NCBI GenBank assembly: GCA_015064735.1
Contig: SVRP01000004.1
Location: 12,800 to 76,799, forward strand
Direction: 5' to 3'
DNA length: 64,000 bases
DNA from: Oscillospiraceae bacterium
GTDB taxonomy: Bacteria > Bacillota > Clostridia > Oscillospirales > CAG-272
The translations under genes were made by a program, and so were the position numbers. Below, piece after piece: positions 19,520 through 27,936 of this stretch; the stretch's first letter is position 1; each line of letters begins with the position of its first letter. The notes beneath the pieces were generated by a model. It searched no databases and was not told the origin of the DNA. It saw nothing but the letters and a program-made list of their open reading frames with translations.

Positions 19520-20422
19520 TCAATTTTCAACGGCAGCTTCTTCTGCCTTGTTTTGGATTTCTGCCGTGCGAGAGCTTCTTGCCGTATAGGACGACACGTT
19601 CAGAACGGTTTCTCCGTCAATCTGAGCAGGCTTGGGAGAGTCGTACTCAACCGTTATTTCATGACCCGTAAGAACGGTAACGTACTTTTCTTCTTTAATG
19701 TGTTCGCCCTTGAACAGAGAGGGGAATATCATAAGTGTCTTGAGCTTACTTGAACCGTGGAATACCATAACCGATAGCTTTCCATCCTCGGAGCATCTGT
19801 CCTGAGCGGGAGTGGGCATCATACCTCCGCCGTAGTATTTTCCGTGCATGGTAGGAGCTATCCATACCTTTTTGAACTCAGTGGTAACACCGTCAACGGT
19901 AACCCTTGCGTTTGCGGGCTTGTAATGGAAAAGGAGCCCCTTGATCGCAATGGCGGTATAGTTTACGGGCTTATCGGAGGTTGCACGGATTTTGTCCCCC
20001 TCCTCACAGCAATATCCGTCGATACCGTATCCCATGCCGTTGATGAACAGCGAGCTTTCGCCGTTAACAGTAACTGTGGGAAGTCCCGACAGATATTTCT
20101 TAATTGAAAATGGCTCGTCAAAGCGGTTCTTTCCAAACTCTCTTGCAAAATCGTTGCCGCTTCCGCAGGGGAAGTAAAGGACGTCGTTGTCAAACTTTAT
20201 TGCGGAAATTTTGTTTGCGAATCTGTTGAGGGTGCCGTCTCCGCCGCAGATGATTATGTAATCGTCCTTTTCCATAGAAAGAATGTCTTTTTCATAGACC
20301 TCATTTTTTGTCATATCGCAAAAAACAGCCTCGTCCTTTATGTAGCTATTAAGAGCCTCAAGCATATTTTCAGACTGTCCGTTGCCTGCGATAGGATTGT
20401 AAAATACGTATGCCTTAGCCAT
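19520..20422 (-). CDS. diacylglycerol kinase family lipid kinase (YegS/BmrU-like)
   Basis: ICGGDGTLN and PCGSGNDFAR motifs. Confidence 0.9.
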   Translation of the reverse strand: MAKAYVFYNPIAGNGQSENMLEALNSYIKDEAVFCDMTKNEVYEKDILSMEKDDYIIICGGDGTLNRFANKISAIKFDNDVLYFPCGSGNDFAREFGKNRFDEPFSIKKYLSGLPTVTVNGESSLFINGMGYGIDGYCCEEGDKIRATSDKPVNYTAIAIKGLLFHYKPANARVTVDGVTTEFKKVWIAPTMHGKYYGGGMMPTPAQDRCSEDGKLSVMVFHGSSKLKTLMIFPSLFKGEHIKEEKYVTVLTGHEITVEYDSPKPAQIDGETVLNVSSYTARSSRTAEIQNKAEEAAVEN

Positions 20423-20526
20423 AATACACCTCTTTAAAAAGTAAGTTTTTATAAATGTACATACAAATACATTATATATTATACATTAAGAAAAGAAACT
20501 GAATATCAACTAAAAATCAATTTTTG

Positions 20527-20554
20527 TTGAGAAAAGTCGTATTTCTGATATAAA
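20527..20554 (+). promoter_or_regulatory. candidate promoter for the plus-strand structured element
   Basis: TTGAGA (20527-20532), 16-nt spacer, TGaTATAAA (20546-20554). The predicted start falls at about 20560, the first base of helix P1. Confidence 0.4.
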
Positions 20555-20557
20555 AAA

Positions 20558-20788
20558 GAGGCTGAGTCATTTAGATGCAGAAGTCGTGAAAGCGTTCTCG
20601 TCGGCGTACAAAAGTACGCCAGAGGGCGTTTTCGCGGCTAAAAAACACACATAAAATGAAATTTGAGAGATCTATCTCGAAAATTTCTACAAAAAATCCG
20701 CTTTCACTATCATTTTTCGGATAGCAAAAGCGGGTTTTAATTTTTATTTATTCGTGTGTTTTTGATCTGCGCTAAATGACTCAGCCCC
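20558..20788 (+). ncRNA. candidate structured non-coding RNA (unclassified); a DNA-level inverted-repeat element is the alternative
   Basis: Nested helices: 20558-20581/20766-20788, hairpin 20582-20639 (4 G-U pairs valid only on the + strand), 20641-20650/20754-20763, hairpin 20658-20687, hairpin 20698-20733. No ORF of 60 aa or more. Confidence 0.4.
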
Positions 20789-20796
20789 TTTAAATT

Positions 20797-22215
20797 TTAG
20801 TTTTTAGTTTCCGATACAGATTCGATACTGTCCTCGGAGTTGTTTTCGGACTCAACAGCGGGAGCCGTTTCCTCAAGCACAAGATTGTCGTTTTCGGAAT
20901 ATTCTCTGCGGAATCTCTTCCACATGGGCGCGCAGATAAACAGAACGGCGCACCCTAAGAGAGATACGATTATCCAGGAGAATACGACGGGAGTCCATCC
21001 CGAGAATTGAGGAGGAAGCTTTTCGAACTTGAGGGTAGAGAGCCAAGCGAAAACGATAGTTCCCACAGAAGAACCGATGTAGGTACAAGCGTTAAGTACA
21101 CCGGAGAACAGCGAAACCTTTCCGCTCTTGACAAATCGCTTCGGAACAACAGTAATCAACATGAGATTGATTCCGTGCATATTCGCAACGATAACAGCCA
21201 TAAGAAGGATAGAGAGAAACGCGGAGTTTATCTGGAATACAAATAGCATGAGAACCGCGCTTGCAATAACTGCGGAGAAAACGAAGATCATAGCGGAACA
21301 GAAAACCTCATTTTTGAACAGCTTGCGGTGAATGAAATCGTAAGCTGCGAAGCTCAGGATTCCAAATACTGCAAGAATTACCGCAGAAAGGGTTGAAGCA
21401 AATTCGCCGAGACCAAAGGATTCCTTAATAAGGGTAGGAGCCCATTGCTCGATGCCGTCTCTCATTACACCCTGGAAGATTATGCCCATGAATATGAGTA
21501 CAAGGGGGAGAATAACGAAAGAGGGAAGCGGAATACCCGATTTTGCCTTTGAGCCTTTCTTCTTTGAAAGATCGGCATGAATGGGATTAACAAGAAGCTT
21601 GGGTGCCGAAACAGTCCAGCAAGCGCAGATAGCAGCACCCATAGCTGCGCAGATAAGCATTACCCATCTCCAGTTAAGCCCTATGAATGAGGTATCGCAA
21701 AGGAGAGGACACATTATAAAGAGAAGGATGGTTGCAAACTGAGAGCCCCACGAAACTCTTACTGCGGCGTAGGAATATTCCTCGTCGTTAAGATACATGG
21801 ACATTATGCGTACCATGGGAGGCCAGAGCATAGAATGAGCCACACCGTTTACAGACCAGAGAACAACCATGAGAACGATATTGTCAATGGAAGCAACGCC
21901 GGGAACAGCCATAAGAATATTGGTGGTTGCGGCAAGAGCAAGACCACCGGTTAACATATACTGAGCCTTTATCTTGTCTCCTATAAATCCGCAGACAACC
22001 TGACCGATACCGTACGAAATAGTCATACCGGTAAGGATCACCGCAAGCTGAACCTTAAGATCGTCGGCAACAAGACCGGTTGCCTCTCCGAAATCACGGA
22101 TAACGTAAAGCATCATGGCGTTGAAGTTCTTTCTCGTCATATAGCTTCCAAAATAAACCAACGTACAAAGCCACGAAATTATCTTCGCCTTTCTACTTAT
22201 AGCGAGTGAAGCCAT
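20797..22215 (-). CDS. MFS transporter (organophosphate:Pi antiporter-like N-terminal motif)
   Basis: 12-TM-like hydrophobic profile. YMTRKNFNAMM resembles the GlpT/UhpC Y..RKNF motif. ATG 22215 preferred over TTG 22263. Confidence 0.8.
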   Translation of the reverse strand: MASLAISRKAKIISWLCTLVYFGSYMTRKNFNAMMLYVIRDFGEATGLVADDLKVQLAVILTGMTISYGIGQVVCGFIGDKIKAQYMLTGGLALAATTNILMAVPGVASIDNIVLMVVLWSVNGVAHSMLWPPMVRIMSMYLNDEEYSYAAVRVSWGSQFATILLFIMCPLLCDTSFIGLNWRWVMLICAAMGAAICACWTVSAPKLLVNPIHADLSKKKGSKAKSGIPLPSFVILPLVLIFMGIIFQGVMRDGIEQWAPTLIKESFGLGEFASTLSAVILAVFGILSFAAYDFIHRKLFKNEVFCSAMIFVFSAVIASAVLMLFVFQINSAFLSILLMAVIVANMHGINLMLITVVPKRFVKSGKVSLFSGVLNACTYIGSSVGTIVFAWLSTLKFEKLPPQFSGWTPVVFSWIIVSLLGCAVLFICAPMWKRFRREYSENDNLVLEETAPAVESENNSEDSIESVSETKN

Positions 22216-22278
22216 GTCAATTTCTAAAATCCTTTCAAATACATCAAAAATTAAGTCTTGCAAAAATCATACCCGAAT

Positions 22279-22307
22279 ATTATATCATATTTGAGCGGTA
22301 ATGTCAA
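22279..22307 (-). promoter_or_regulatory. SigA-type promoter of the MFS gene
   Basis: Minus strand reads TTGACA-17 nt-TGaTATAAT. Confidence 0.6.
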
Positions 22308-22337
22308 TATCAAATATTATAAACTGTATGAGAGATA

Positions 22338-23450
22338 TCAGTTTTCGTCATTATTTCCATTGGAAGGAGCCGATTTTCTTTCCAAAGTTACGCTGAAGCA
22401 CGCTCCACCGTTATCACGGTTTTCCGCGGTTATATCACCGCCTTCAAGTATGAGAATTCTTTTTACAAGAGAAAGACCGAGTCCGTTGCCCTCAGATTTG
22501 TGCGAACTGTCGGCTTGATAAAATTTATCAAATATTCTTTTTTTTGCCTCGTCCGAAAGACCGGGACCCTCATCCTCAACGCTAAAGAAAATCTTTTGAT
22601 CATCGCCCTGCAGACGAATGCGTATGACTCCGTTTTCGGGACCGAATTTCACCGCATTTCCAATAAGATTTGACCATACGTGGTGCATCAGATTTTCACT
22701 TCCGTAGTAGCTTATATCATCCATTTCAACGTCAAAATCCACGTTTTTATTTTCCCAAGAGGGCTCAAGGGCAACGATGGCTTCCCGTATTTGTTCGTCA
22801 AGCTTGAAGGTTGATTTATCGGTAGTTATAGTTTGATTTTCAATTTTCGAAAGGAGCAGAATACTGCCCGTAAGTGATGAAAGACGCTGAGTGTTGTAAA
22901 GAATTTTTTCAACGTATTCCTTTTGCTCCTCGGAGAGATTTTCATCGTTCTGAAGAAGCATGGAATAGCCCTCAATAGCATTTATGGGAGTTTTGAACTC
23001 GTGAGAAACGTTTGAAATAAAGTCTGTTTTGAGTATTTCCGTAGCCTCAAGCTCCTCTGCCATAAGGTTGAATCCCGAATATATCTCCTGAATTTCCTGA
23101 GAGGAGCTTTTTGTTGAGATTCTGACCGAGAAGTCCCCCTCGGAAATTTTGGAGATAGCCAAGCCAAAGCGCTTGATAGGCTTGAGTATCCATACCGAAA
23201 GACCGTAAGTAGCCAATATACCAACTAAAAGGCTTATAATTATAAGGTCAACGATAAAGGGGAACTGAAATCCGTCGGGAAGAATAAAACTTTGTGTTAC
23301 CGAGCGGATGAGTGCATCAATTCCGTATGCTATAAGCACAATAAGGACAAGCTCTAAGGTGATAAAGAAAATAAGTCTGAACCGAAGGTCGAATTTTTGC
23401 TTCTTACGCTTTCGCAGTGCTCTGTATGTGTTGCTCCACTTGAATTTCAT
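22338..23450 (-). CDS. sensor histidine kinase (2 TM, HAMP, HisKA, HATPase_c)
   Basis: H-box SHEFKTPINAI, N-box NLIGNAVKF, G-boxes DEGPGL and GNGLGLS. Confidence 0.9.
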   Translation of the reverse strand: MKFKWSNTYRALRKRKKQKFDLRFRLIFFITLELVLIVLIAYGIDALIRSVTQSFILPDGFQFPFIVDLIIISLLVGILATYGLSVWILKPIKRFGLAISKISEGDFSVRISTKSSSQEIQEIYSGFNLMAEELEATEILKTDFISNVSHEFKTPINAIEGYSMLLQNDENLSEEQKEYVEKILYNTQRLSSLTGSILLLSKIENQTITTDKSTFKLDEQIREAIVALEPSWENKNVDFDVEMDDISYYGSENLMHHVWSNLIGNAVKFGPENGVIRIRLQGDDQKIFFSVEDEGPGLSDEAKKRIFDKFYQADSSHKSEGNGLGLSLVKRILILEGGDITAENRDNGGACFSVTLERKSAPSNGNNDEN

Positions 23451-24118
23451 AGCTTTACTACCTTATATCCGACACCGCGGATCGTTACTATCTTGAAATC
23501 CTTGTTGTCTCTGAAGCGGTCGCGTAGGCGTCCTATATGAACGTCAACGGTGTGGGTATCGCTTTCATTGTCATATCCCCATATCTCGTCCATAAGCTGA
23601 TGGCGGGTAAATATCTTTCCGGGAAATGCTGCCATTTTGTATAGAAGCATAAATTCCTTCTGAGGAAGAATAAAGGCCTCGCCCTTTACCGTAACGGTAA
23701 GAGAATCACATTCAAGTACAGTTCCTCCAATGACCTGACGTCGGTCGTTTATCATCTGAGCTCTGCGCAAAAGAGCTCCGACGCGAAGCACCATTTCATT
23801 TACGTTGACCGGCTTTACCATGTAGTCGTCGGTTCCCGAAATAAATCCCTTGCGCATGTCATCAAAAGCATCCTTTGCGGTTATCATCATAACGGGAGTG
23901 GTGTTTCCGCTCTCGCGCAGAGTGTGGACAAGTTCGTATCCGTCCATTTCGGGCATCATAATATCCGAAATTATAAGGTCGTAGTAGCTGCTATCGATAG
24001 CTTCAAGAGCTTCTTTTCCGTTTCCGACTCCCTTGACCGAATATCCGTTTTTCGTGAGAACGAGAGAAAAGAGACGAAGAAGCTCGCGGTCGTCCTCGGC
24101 AATAAGTATTTTTAACAT
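23447..24118 (-). CDS. OmpR/PhoB-family response regulator
   Basis: Receiver (AEDD...DLIISDIMMP...MITAK) plus winged-helix (TVDVHIGRLR...IVTIRGVGYK). 4-nt overlap with the kinase gene. Confidence 0.93.
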   Translation of the reverse strand: MLKILIAEDDRELLRLFSLVLTKNGYSVKGVGNGKEALEAIDSSYYDLIISDIMMPEMDGYELVHTLRESGNTTPVMMITAKDAFDDMRKGFISGTDDYMVKPVNVNEMVLRVGALLRRAQMINDRRQVIGGTVLECDSLTVTVKGEAFILPQKEFMLLYKMAAFPGKIFTRHQLMDEIWGYDNESDTHTVDVHIGRLRDRFRDNKDFKIVTIRGVGYKVVKL

Positions 24119-24212
24119 TCCGTTCCTCCTGGATTAGAGAGAATAAAGTTTTATACATTATACCACTTTATTATAAACCATTTATAAACTCTGTGTCAAC
24201 AATTTTTGAAGC

Positions 24213-24246
24213 AAATAAAAACTCCCACGGCATTTTTGCCGTGGGA
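24213..24246 (-). terminator. intrinsic terminator after the small membrane protein gene
   Basis: 9-bp GC-rich hairpin (24223-24231/24238-24246) followed on the minus strand by TTTTTATTT. Confidence 0.7.
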
Positions 24247-24252
24247 AGGTAG

Positions 24253-24789
24253 TTAAGACGCTTTTTTCTCTAATTTTTTCAACAGCTCCGACATGGGAAG
24301 AATGAGAAATCCGAGAGCGAAATTTCCTATTCCGTGAATAATATCAAATGGGAATCCCACTATTATCCACGCGACTGTCTGCTCAAAATTCAATCCGAAC
24401 ATGAGAGCTTGCGCAGGGGCGTAGAGAGTTCCGTAGCAAAGCCCGTGAATACAGCAGAGCAGGGGATAAACGGTCATGGCTAACCATACGGGCATCCGCT
24501 TGGGCAGAAGCATTGTGATTCCCCAAAGGATAGTCCATATGTAAAGATAAGGAACCCACCACATATTGAATCCCGCAAACAGACCGTTGAGAAAAACGTA
24601 TATGTAAATCGGTATGAGAGCCTTTGTCCTATAAACTACGGTATAGGTCATAGTCAGCATTCCGAGCAGGTGAATGTTGGGTAGACCCTCCATAAGTATC
24701 TTTGACAGGAACATGATAACCCCTAAAACAGGGAAGATTATCAATTCCCGTGTAGAGAGGAATTTTTTATTTCGTGTAGACGAGCTCAT
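24253..24789 (-). CDS. small polytopic membrane protein, putative ECF-type S component for cobalamin (CbrT-like) by context
   Basis: 178 aa with about 5-6 hydrophobic helices. Second gene behind a cobalamin riboswitch, after a DUF4430-like lipoprotein. Family assignment is contextual. Confidence 0.6.
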   Translation of the reverse strand: MSSSTRNKKFLSTRELIIFPVLGVIMFLSKILMEGLPNIHLLGMLTMTYTVVYRTKALIPIYIYVFLNGLFAGFNMWWVPYLYIWTILWGITMLLPKRMPVWLAMTVYPLLCCIHGLCYGTLYAPAQALMFGLNFEQTVAWIIVGFPFDIIHGIGNFALGFLILPMSELLKKLEKKAS

Positions 24790-25222
24790 AATGCTCTCCG
24801 TCGGCTATGGGGGTAGTATCAACACCGGTCGTACAATACTCACCGTCCTTGTATAATGCCCAATATGATTGGTCAACGTCGTAGTCCGCGGTAATTCCGT
24901 TCACGACCTTAACGTAGAGACCGTACTGACCTTGATCACCCGAAATAAGATTATGCTCGATCAAAGCATCTCCGAGAATTGCCTTATCGGTCTTAACGGT
25001 GAACGTAAGAGACTGATCCTCCGCCTGAACCTGTACCTGAACTGTTTTTGCTCCTGTACCAAAGGTTTTGTTTTCAAGGTATGTAGCCGATGCCCAAACG
25101 CCCTTAGCTTCAAGCTTGACACCGTCGGGAGTATCGTCCATTATGGCAACCTCCTCTTTACACGAAGCGAAGCAGAGGAGAATGAATAAAAGCGACAGGG
25201 TAATTGCTAAAGTTTTTTTCAT
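24767..25222 (-). CDS. DUF4430-like lipoprotein (putative corrinoid-binding)
   Basis: Lipobox MKKTLAITLSLLFILLCFASC. C-terminal ...YWALYKDGEYCTTGVDTTPIADGEHYELVY resembles DUF4430. B12 riboswitch upstream. Confidence 0.75.
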   Translation of the reverse strand: MKKTLAITLSLLFILLCFASCKEEVAIMDDTPDGVKLEAKGVWASATYLENKTFGTGAKTVQVQVQAEDQSLTFTVKTDKAILGDALIEHNLISGDQGQYGLYVKVVNGITADYDVDQSYWALYKDGEYCTTGVDTTPIADGEHYELVYTK

Positions 25223-25261
25223 TTTTGTTTTCCTTTCTTTTTAAAACGAATTTTAATCAAA

Positions 25262-25475
25262 AGGATAAAATAAAAGCGCGCCTCCACGGAAGCGCGAAAA
25301 AGGGCATAGCATACCCGAAATTCGTCTCCTCCGTTTGCCCAAGGAGCTTTTATGAAATCACAGAACAATAGGTCTTCCGACTTTGGTCTTGCCTTGCAAG
25401 ACACCTTACGGTAATGGCTGTTGCCGAGGAATTACACCTCGATTTCCCTATCGATATAATTGCCTGTCCAATTAC
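25262..25475 (-). promoter_or_regulatory. cobalamin (B12) riboswitch with terminator expression platform
   Basis: Minus strand reads ATAGGGAAATCGAGGTGTAATTCCTCGGCAACAGCC... with B12-box-like AGTCGGAAGACCT (plus 25370-25382). It ends in hairpin CGCGCUU-CCGUGG-AGGCGCG plus CUUUUAUUUU. Confidence 0.75.
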
Positions 25476-25511
25476 GTACGGAACTGTGTTTATTCTTTTG
25501 TTACGGATATT

Positions 25512-25556
25512 ATAGCACAAAACCGCAGACAATGCAATAGCAAAGTCTGCGGTTTT
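25512..25556 (-). terminator. intrinsic terminator of the GH39-like gene
   Basis: AAAACCGCAGAC...GTCTGCGGTTTT 12-bp hairpin with TTTTGTG on the minus strand. Confidence 0.75.
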
Positions 25557-25561
25557 AAAAA

Positions 25562-26920
25562 TTATAACGCGGTAATTTTGATAAGGTAAGTATCAAAAAG
25601 CTTCATGTTGATGTAGAGAGCAAACTGTTCGGCTGTGAAAATTTCTTCACGGATAAGCTCTGCGTCATGGGTATCGTCGGTGAGAATATACTCGACCTTG
25701 ACTCCGTTTGCGCTCTTTACGTTTTCAAATTCGACCTTAACGAGCTTGCCCTCGGTGGAATCGTCATCGTTGTAGTAGGTAAGAAGGAGCGCGCTGTCCT
25801 TGCCGTTAGTTGCCGCAGCGGAATATATGTTCTCGACTGAGCATTCAGCGTCTACGTAATCTCCAAGTTTTGGAAGCTCCTTAAAATAATAGAAAGCATA
25901 ATATGGCTTGGTAGGAGAAAGGTCAATGTCGCTGAATATGCCGCACCATCCGCCGGGACGGGCATCGTAGTACATCATCATATCAATAGGAGTTGCCTGA
26001 CCTACGCACATAGCCGAAGCTATAAGAGAGGTACCCTTTACGTTATACTTGGATATATATCGGGAATATTTATATTCCTCGCCTATCCAGCCCTTTACGT
26101 AGTTCCACTCGTTGTAGATAAGCTCGGGAACGGGAAGTCCTCTGCTGACGAAGGAATTTACAGCGTAGTCAGCAAGCTCCTTAACCTTTTCGGGGGTGGA
26201 GATATATCCGTGGAAGGAGTAGAAGTCAAGAGGGATGTTGCGTTCCTTAACAGCGTCAAGGAACATCTTCTTGATGGGATTTCCGGTTGAGCTTGTTTCC
26301 TTTGAGGAAGTAAATGCGGGACCGCCAATTTTCAGGTGAGGGAAGCAGGACTTAAGATACTTTGCGGCAACCTCATAAAAGTCAATAAACTGCTCGTTTG
26401 TGCCTTGCCAGCAGGGATTTGAGCCGTCGGGATTGCGGCAGTCGGCCTCGTTCCAAATCTCCCAATACTGAATATCGTAATGGAAGCCGTCAGCCCAGCC
26501 CTCGGTGTAGTGGCGGATAATATGCTCGCAGATACGCGCCCACTTATGAAAATCCTTTGGAGGATGTGTACCAACCTTGTGCTCGTGCTCAATAGACGCG
26601 CCAAGACGGTAAAAGGTTTTCGTTCCTACCGCAAGCGTATTTGCTATGTATTCATCGGTTGGCGCAAAAAGATAGCTTTCGGGATCGTTTTCGTCCGCGT
26701 CAAAATTCTTGAAAATGCGGTGAACGTCGACGGTATGCTCGCCACCGTACAAAGTACAAAACGCTGCGTCGTGATTGCGTGCGTATGGGATTTCAAGCGC
26801 CTTGTAGTATTCCGTGTTTCCCGTCTTTCTTACGGGAGAGCCTGCGGGTCCGTTGTTAACGGCATTCATGGGCTTGATTTTGCCATTTGTTTTTGAAAGG
26901 TCAAACCTTACTGTGGTCAT
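25562..26920 (-). CDS. glycoside hydrolase, clan GH-A, GH39-like
   Basis: HPPKDFHKWARICEHIIRHY and YWEIWNEAD resemble the GH39 xylosidase blocks PPKDYEKW and FEIWNEPN (acid/base Glu). No signal peptide. Confidence 0.7.
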   Translation of the reverse strand: MTTVRFDLSKTNGKIKPMNAVNNGPAGSPVRKTGNTEYYKALEIPYARNHDAAFCTLYGGEHTVDVHRIFKNFDADENDPESYLFAPTDEYIANTLAVGTKTFYRLGASIEHEHKVGTHPPKDFHKWARICEHIIRHYTEGWADGFHYDIQYWEIWNEADCRNPDGSNPCWQGTNEQFIDFYEVAAKYLKSCFPHLKIGGPAFTSSKETSSTGNPIKKMFLDAVKERNIPLDFYSFHGYISTPEKVKELADYAVNSFVSRGLPVPELIYNEWNYVKGWIGEEYKYSRYISKYNVKGTSLIASAMCVGQATPIDMMMYYDARPGGWCGIFSDIDLSPTKPYYAFYYFKELPKLGDYVDAECSVENIYSAAATNGKDSALLLTYYNDDDSTEGKLVKVEFENVKSANGVKVEYILTDDTHDAELIREEIFTAEQFALYINMKLFDTYLIKITAL

Positions 26921-27045
26921 AATTCCTCCTTATTTTTAACTGCAAATTACAGCAGCTTTAATTTGAACGTATTTTACCACAAAGATAAACGTAATTGGAA
27001 AATTATAATGCTTTTTGGCATAAATTGAATATTTAATGAGCGAAT

Positions 27046-27936
27046 TTACATATTTTTAGTTAGGATTTTCTCTCCGTCGAAAAGAAGTATTCCGTAAGCG
27101 TCTCCCATAAGGTTTCCTTCAAGCAGGAAATTTTTAAGATTTCTTTGCAAAGAAGTGTCCTCGGGAAGAGAAGAGAGACAGCCGTCTGAGTATTCGATAT
27201 TGAACACTCTCCAAAGGTCTGAATATTTATCGTTGCTGTCATACTCAACAATATCAAAAAGTGAAGCAAATGCGTAAATGTTGAAGCCTTCCTTGAACAC
27301 CCTTCCCTTGTAAGGGGGGAAGAGAAGCCACGAATGGCATGCCACGGGTAAAATTCCGTCCTTTACGTACTGCGGGTAGAATTCGTAAGCCTTTTTCAGC
27401 GAAGCAATAACGTCGGCTTCAAGAATGGGACCCTCAGACGGAATATGACACGTAAGAATAGGATCTCCGTTTTTAACTATATTCGTATATCTGCTTGGCT
27501 TAAAGGTTATTTCTTCGTATTCAAGCCGACCGAGCTTGAATCTTGTAAGACGGAAAAATTCTCCGTACCAGTATGCAACAAAGTTGCCCCATACCCCCTT
27601 AACCGACTTGCACTCAAAAAGCTTACAGCGAAGATCGGACATTGTTTCGTAAAGCAAGGATTCATCAAGGTCGTGCTTTTTGTAAAGTTCTTTAAGATAG
27701 GGAATACACAAAAGAAGAATTACCATGTCAGATGCGTAACGGTTTACTTGGGCGGCTTCTGCAATTTCCTTGAGATTTTCCGCAAAGCTTCTGTCCTTGC
27801 CGTTGAAGATTTTATCTCTTACCGCTTCAAAGTCGGTATCAAAATTTTTGTAGGATATGAGTTTTTTGTAGCATTCTTCAAGATCGACTATTGCTTCCTC
27901 GGGAAAATTTAACCTCAGAGCTTCCTTGCGTATCAT
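27046..27936 (-). CDS. hypothetical protein (possibly acyltransferase-like; family not confidently recognised)
   Basis: 296-aa ORF with AAGGAG RBS. Its start overlaps the upstream stop by 1 nt (TAATG). No motif I can name with confidence. Confidence 0.6.
   Translation of the reverse strand: MIRKEALRLNFPEEAIVDLEECYKKLISYKNFDTDFEAVRDKIFNGKDRSFAENLKEIAEAAQVNRYASDMVILLLCIPYLKELYKKHDLDESLLYETMSDLRCKLFECKSVKGVWGNFVAYWYGEFFRLTRFKLGRLEYEEITFKPSRYTNIVKNGDPILTCHIPSEGPILEADVIASLKKAYEFYPQYVKDGILPVACHSWLLFPPYKGRVFKEGFNIYAFASLFDIVEYDSNDKYSDLWRVFNIEYSDGCLSSLPEDTSLQRNLKNFLLEGNLMGDAYGILLFDGEKILTKNM

Noticed and set aside
22216-22263. N-terminal extensions suggested by the ORF track. Starts affected: 22263 TTG, 46777 GTG, 52683, 28967, 11439, 9546 TTG, 57835, 39551, 41725, 42530, 61470, 46532.
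   Set aside because: In each case a downstream ATG has a proper GGAG-type RBS and begins the conserved family N-terminus. The extension overlaps an upstream gene, terminator, promoter or riboswitch.
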